64,000 nucleotides of DNA from the human T2T-CHM13v2.0 reference genome, Homo sapiens, in assembly GCF_009914755.1 (NCBI RefSeq), contig NC_060931.1. One strand, 5' to 3'. A model generated the notes under the pieces. That model saw only the letters and a program-made list of their open reading frames with translations, made no database searches and had not been told where the DNA came from. The translations under genes and the position numbers were made by a program. Shown in pieces: positions 58,040-64,000 of the stretch. Numbering within the stretch: the stretch's first letter is position 1; each line of letters begins with the position of its first letter.

Positions 58040-58950
58040 TCCTTCCTGTCTTTCCAGCCTTACCTTATGTTACGCTGCACTCTCTCAGCTCCCACTCCTC
58101 CAGCTGTCTTTCCATTCCTCAGACTTCCTGCCGTGGGCCCTTGGCTCATGCTGTTTCCTCTGCCTTGAATACCCTTATTCCAGATCTTCCAAGAACCGGC
58201 TTCTTCCCATCTTTTAGGCCTTAGCTTAACCCTTCCTCCTCTGTTAGTCAGAAGAGTCTAAGTGCTATCACTTACAACCCAATATCCTAGTGGTTTAAAA
58301 CAATAAAGCACGTGTCCCTCACGTCACAGTGCAAGGTGGTTGGGGTGTGTGTGTGTGTGTGTTGGGATAGGAATTGGGATTCTGCTTTGTTCCACACAGC
58401 CACCAACCATTCCAGCTTGTGACCTCTCTTTCCCCCGGTGCCTTCTCGGAATCCTTAGCAGGATCTCTGCAGTCACCTGCTGAGGAGCAAGGAATGCGTG
58501 GAGGATTGTGTGGGCTGGGCCTGGAATGAACATCACCTGGGCCACATTCCATATGGCCTCACCTGGATGTGAAGGGCTGGGCATGTAGTCTTCCTGTGTG
58601 CCCAGGAGGAAAATTCAGTAGTTGGGTGGATAATAGCCCTGTTCTGCCCTTCCTCAGAGATGCCTCTTATAACCGTGCTAAGCAGATCTGTCTCATTAGC
58701 CTCTATGAAAACACCTTATTTAGTTCCTCCATTGCACTTTATACTCAATAATTTTTTGGCTTCTTTGTTAATTGTGTTCCTCTCCAAGACCAGAAGGGTG
58801 TGAGGATAGGAACATGTCTGTTTTGCTCACTACTATGTGCACAAACCTGGCAATGCAACATCTTGCACAGAGTAGATTACCCACCAAGAATAGTTTATTA
58901 GTATGTGATGAATGGATGATGAATGAATGACCCAACAAGTGAATGAATGG
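58040..58950 (+). mobile_element. L2 3' region interrupted by MLT1
   Basis: ggcccttggctcatgctgtttcctctgccttgaataccctt ... gaatggatgatgaatgaatga. Confidence 0.75.
58242..58642 (-). mobile_element. MLT1K/J-like MaLR LTR
   Basis: tgttagtcag...ctagtggtttaaaacaataaag...gggctgggcatgtagtcttcctgtgtgcccaggaggaa. Confidence 0.75.
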
Positions 58951-60029
58951 AAAGCATAGACCTTGTCTAGAGGGTATCCACTATTATAGCAAGGACAGAA
59001 TAAATAGGTCATAGTCTTTTACAAGAATAAATTTCAAGAAGCAGCCAAAAGCTTTTTTTTTGTTTTTGTTTTTGTTTTTAGAAATAAAGGACTTTGGCCT
59101 ACGGTTCAAAAAGTGTTTGGAAAGTCACCGCTCTTTGGGTTTTAGAATTTGAGTCCAGTCTTCCAGATGAGCAGCCTGAGAGTAGCAGTGCTCTCCTTAT
59201 TTGGGTTGATTAATTCTGCTCTTGTATTTCTGAGAAAGTGTAGACCCTTTCAGATACCATCCTAACTCTTCCCCCACCCTTCCCTTCTCCACTCATAGAG
59301 GACAAAGCATTTGGCTCCTCTCCTCCTACCACCTGTTCCTATTAATATATTCACAGTGGCCCCCGGTGGTGGGAGCATGCCACCTCAGATGAAGGAGTTT
59401 TCTAATTTTGCTTCTCCTTTTCTTTCCCATTGTCATTGTCCTTTCTGGCTTAGCATGAGCTAGTGGCATGTGGCAGTCTGAGAAGTGGAATGCCTAACCC
59501 AAGGAAATAAATGATGCATAATCAAATCCAGTTGCGTAACTTCGGGAGTTTGTGTTTTCTTCTGTTGATTCACGAAGATCAAGGAGCTGATGGGAATAGG
59601 TTCTGGCCTTGCCACCAAATGTGCTTCTCCTCCCATTTTCTGAGTAGGGCTCCAAGGGAGGTGCTGGGCCACTTTGCCATGCAGGCTGGTTGCTGCCTCA
59701 TCTCCTGCAGGTGAGGGTGGAGACCTCGCGGGCTCATGGGCCCTGCTGTGGCTGTTACATGGATCCAGGTTGTCTAGGGTCTGGGGAATGCTGCTGAAGG
59801 GGCCCAAGTGCCTGTACCCTGGAAGCACTGGCCAGGCAGGACTCCCTGCCTCAAATGGGCCTCTCCCACCTTGTTCTGTCTCTCATGGGGCAGGCACATG
59901 GCATTTCCTAGGTGGGGGGACCAAGAAGCTGTGGCTGGATTAATTCTTGTGGAGAGTACAATAAACTACATTTAACTTACTTTCCCTTACTTCAACATGG
60001 TTACACGGATAAAATACATTAAAATGAAC

Positions 60030-60470
60030 ACTAAAATCAAGTATGTGGACAAAGATGTATCAACAGGAATGTTCAGTAATAGAAAAAAAACTGGAAACAA
60101 CTTATACATTCACATAAGGGAGGAGATAAAAATAAATTATGATACATCCATAGAGTGGAATACTTGAAGCCATTAAAATTGAACATGTAGAAGAATATTG
60201 AATGAATATAATCACATTCATGTTTAATTTTTAAAAATCAAGCTGCAAAACAGTGGGTACCATATGATCCCGTATTTGCAATTAAAATGTATACAAATAT
60301 AAACAATGGAAAATATAAAGATTGAAACGGGATGCTTAGTTCAGTAAATGGGATTATGAGTGATTGTTGTTTTATTCTTAGTGCCCAACGGTAGTTCCCA
60401 AATTTTCTGTATTTAATACATATTTGTTTTGAAAGGTGATATAAAATTCTAAAATGGTATTTTAAAAATT
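60030..60470 (+). mobile_element. L1ME/MC-like fragment
   Basis: aaagatgtatcaacaggaatgttc...aaataaattatgatacatccatagagtggaatac...gccattaaaa. Confidence 0.65.
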
Positions 60471-60477
60471 AGATGAC

Positions 60478-60808
60478 TGTCTTAGTTCATTTGGGCTGCT
60501 ATAACAAAAACATCACAGAGTGGGTGGCTTATAAACAACAGAAATTTGTTTCTTACAGGTTTGGTGTCTGGTGAAAACCCATTTCCTGATTCATAAACAG
60601 GGCCTGTGTCCTCACTGTGTCCTCACATGGTGGGAGGAGGAAGGTGGTTCTCCAGAGTCTCTTCTAGATGGCACTAATCCCATTTCTGGGGGCTCCACCC
60701 TCATGACCTAATCATCTCCCAAAAGCCCCTCCTTCTGACACCATCACATTGGAGGTTAGGATTTCAACATAAGAATTTTAGGGGGATGCAAGCATTCAGT
60801 TTATGACA
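60478..60808 (-). mobile_element. MLT1A0-like MaLR solo LTR
   Basis: tgtcttagttcatttgggctgctataacaaaa...ggctccaccctcatgacctaatca...gcattcagtttatgaca; 5-bp TSD (a/t)tgac. Confidence 0.88.
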
Positions 60809-61299
60809 TTGACTAAATTCTCCAAATAATTACTTGTTTATTAAAAAGAAAACTATTGAAAGAATTCTTAAACAACAAAACAAGTCATTAATGTGCAATT
60901 TAAAAAGCCCCATAACCTGCTTTTCTGTCTGTCCTCAGTACAGATGTTTTCCCTTCCTACTGCACACTTAATAAGTCTCCGAGCCTTGTAGATTCATTGT
61001 AGATTCAGCCTTGTTAGCATCTCTTGTATCCAGTCCCTCCATCATATTCTCCCTGCCCCTGCCTTTGTCACCTGTTGATGGGACTCCCTGCCTCCTGGCT
61101 TTCACTTACACCGTTCCATTGTCCTTCCTGTCACCGACAACCTGGCAAATGTGATCCATCTTAAGAGGTTCAAGGGCCACGTGTTCTCTTGGAGTCTTTC
61201 CTGGCAGTCCCCACTTTTGTCTCCAGAACTGATCCTTCTTTATGCCTCACTCTTTGTTCTGAATCCTCTCACAGAACCTTTTAATCTCTACTGCGCTTC

Positions 61300-61500
61300 C
61301 TGACACTTACTTTGTGCCAGGTACTTTATATTTCTCCCGTATCCTGGCTGTATCCCTGTGAGGATCATAGCCCCACTTCACGGATGAGAAAACTGAGGCA
61401 CAAAGAGGCTAAGCAACTTGCAAAGACATCACAGATAGGGACTAATAAGATTCAGGTTCAAACACAGGCAGTGTGGCTCCAGCATCTCTATGCTGAGCAT
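61300..61500 (-). mobile_element. MIR
   Basis: cacttactttgtgccagg...cggatgagaaaactgaggcacaaagaggctaagcaacttg. Confidence 0.8.
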
Positions 61501-61539
61501 ATATATCTGCTGCTGCTTCTCATATTTCTAAGGTCTTTC

Positions 61540-61780
61540 ACTTGTCTCTCTTCCCCTACCACATTGTAGAGGGGGGATCATGTGTTAAATTTATCTGTAT
61601 TTTTTTGGTGCCAAGCCCAGGGGCTGGCATGTAGGAATCTCATAATAAACACTGATTGAATGGCTATTTAGGCAACGAGTATTTACTCAGCATCTGCCAT
61701 GTGTCAGGCATTGTTTTAAGCACCCACCTGAAATAAATAAGCAAGAAAACAGATCAAGAGTCTTGCCCTCAATAATGGAG
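61540..61780. mobile_element. Two tail-to-tail L2 3' fragments
   Basis: ggctggcatgtaggaatctcataataaacactgattgaat (+) then tatttactcagcatctgccatgtgtcaggcattgttttaagc (-). Confidence 0.6.
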
Positions 61781-63861
61781 GAGGGGGGTGACTTAGATTC
61801 TAGAAGAACATGTCAAGGGCAAGTTAGGTAAATGATTCAGGTAATATTTAGATGACATTTTTACTCCTGTATCCATGCTTCTCTAGTTCTCTTCTTTTAA
61901 ATTTTGGGTATGATTTGAGGCAACTACAGTACTGGAAATTAATACAAATCCTTCATTTGTCATATCAGAGCTCTGTAACTGGTCACATATAAGCGAGCTG
62001 TCAGTGGTCGAATCATGACTGCCTGTTGCTTCTCAATGGTTTGAAAACAGTTTTTTGAAATGGCATTACATTTCTCATTTCTTCATGCTCTTCTTTCTTG
62101 CTTATCTTTTCCACTTTTTTCTGCTTTGCTCCACCTGTTCTCTTGAGAAACCATCTCAATCCCTCCTGCTTCTTCCTACCTCATTCTCTCCCTCCCTTGC
62201 TTCTTAATTTCCGTTCCCCTGAACCTTGCCAAATATGTTTTTTTGAACAGCTGATCAAAACTCATCAAGCACAATGTGATTTTCTCTTTCAAACTGTAGG
62301 TAAAATGGAGAGGAATTAATCTGACCAAAGTGTGTGTCACCACATGCCATAGATTTTGTCTGGGGGCAGAAGAAGGGAAAAGAAGCTAACTTTATTATAG
62401 AGGTCAGAGCAACCTCACAATGTCGATGTGGTTTCTGATTTATTGTAACACAGCAGAGATTCAAAAGGATTAATAGTCTAAGTGACCTAAATAATAATGA
62501 GCGTGCAGAAGAACATGTTCTTCAACATGTTGCTTACTGCCGTAGAGAGAGTGGAGCTCTGAAAAAAATTTGCTTCTCCTGCTTGAAGAATACATTTTTC
62601 TAGGGTGTCACTTATTAAGATGAAATTGATGTATTAAGAAACTCAGACTATTCCCAAATAATGGCATTATTTTTAAAACAAATGGAGTCTTACAGGAATA
62701 GAAATAACCTATTATACTTGCAAAATACCAGCTTAAAATATACCACCAGAATATGCTATTTCTTCATTTTTGCCTCCCCACACTCCAGTCTCCATGAATG
62801 CAAAGCACTCTTTCCTTAGACCCTACATTGAATTCTGATGGCTATGGTGTGACCATAGGAAGCCTCTGCATTTATCAGTAGTTTCCCTGAATCTTGGGTA
62901 ATCATACAACTCATATTTCCAGAACTTTATCTTTTACATGTATTCTTTTTTATCAGACTCTCTTCCAAACATTGTCAGTATTCCTCTATCCCTGTCAGTC
63001 CACTCAATTCTTTAATTCTTTCGTAGATTTCCAGCCTCACTGAACCAGCTCACAAGTCACCCATGACCCGCCCAATGCCAAAACCAAGCTTTTCCCTCAG
63101 CCCTAGTCCTCCTCAGCCTTCCAGAGATAAGTGGAATTCCTGGGTTAATGCCTGCATTCAGGTTTTTCCCCAGGAACAAATGGTCACATTTTAAGGAGGA
63201 CTGGGGGAGAAATAGTCAAGGCCCTATGAACCCAAACTGGGAGGATTCCCCTGAAATAGAGGAACTCTGGTGTAATGAGAACATCTTCACAGAGCAGGTG
63301 AGGCAGATGATCTTCCTGATTGAGTTCCCAGAGGTGTCAGCTCACTCTCAGAAAAATGCAGAAGCAGCCCTGGCCCTACCCGAGGCCCCACACTCCCTAC
63401 AGTCCTCTGCTGAGCTCTCTGTTGCCTGCCAAGGTGGGCCACACTCTAGGAAAGCATCTCATTTAGAGAAATGCTGTCTTTAGAGATACAGTATTTGACC
63501 AACCCTGGAAGCAAAGATTAAGCTCCCTAAACCCGAAAACATTCACTCCTACAATGGTCCACTTGGGAAAATTCCTCTAAGAGACTCATTGATACCTTGA
63601 TTCTTGTTTTCTCCTTCTTCTCCCCTCTGGCTCTTCGTGTTCATACCCTTTATCTCCTCTACAGCAGAGATGGGGGTCTTAAGGTGGTTTATGGAAATAA
63701 CTTACTATGAGCGTTCATCGTTTTTAGAAATTGTACACGATGCAAGAGCTCCTTGGAGTCACAGGCTCTCAGCCTCTGTCTAGGGAGTGCCATTCCTATT
63801 TGGTTAGAGCCATTCTGCCCAGTGTATTCCTGGTGGCCTCTTTTTAAATCTCCCGTCCTTA

Positions 63862-63901
63862 GTGCTTGCCAGTATATACACTAATGTTGATATTAGCATG
63901 G
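63862..63901 (+). pseudogene. Possible degenerate U6 snRNA 5' fragment
   Basis: gtgcttgc / cagtatatacactaatgttg / attagcatgg match three U6 blocks in order (GTGCTCGC, CAGCACATATACTAAAATTG, ATTAGCATGG) with two deletions. Confidence 0.4.
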
Positions 63902-63902
63902 G

Positions 63903-64000
63903 ACCATATGATGCAGAAATTCCACTTCTGGGTACCTATCCAAAATAATTAAAGGCAAAATTTCCAAGAGATATTTGTACACCATGCTACAGTAGCATTA
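63903..64000 (+). mobile_element. L1MB-like ORF2 3' fragment (runs off window)
   Basis: accatatgatgcagaaattccacttctgggta...aagagatatttgtacacc...gtagcatta. Confidence 0.8.

Overview
Human genomic DNA. A diagnostic AluYb8 (human-specific) and a full-length SVA (hominid-specific) fix the origin. The window is non-coding (intronic or intergenic). I cannot support any protein-coding exon: the long ORFs in the track are translations of Alu, SVA VNTR, LTR or simple repeats. The sequence is a mosaic of about 20 Alus/monomers, one SVA, L1 3' fragments, L2/MIR/L3 fossils, MaLR/ERVL/ERV1 LTRs (including a MER50 solo LTR and an internally deleted MER61-like provirus with a CTAA target-site duplication, TSD), hAT/Tigger MITEs and microsatellites, plus a few repeat-free, motif-rich stretches. 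Three signals are not explained by ordinary repeat annotation. (1) Two independent ~100-120 bp segments were copied in INVERTED orientation ~0.8 kb from their source, each ~90% identical to it and each inserted into an unrelated old repeat (48934-49055 to 49894-50014; 58529-58630 to 57614-57715). (2) The SVA carries a strand-specific cluster of A-to-G changes resembling ADAR editing fixed at retrotransposition. (3) A decayed U6 5' fragment appears fused to an old L1 at the window end. Subfamily names and consensus comparisons come from recalled consensus sequences, not database searches, and boundaries of old repeats are approximate.
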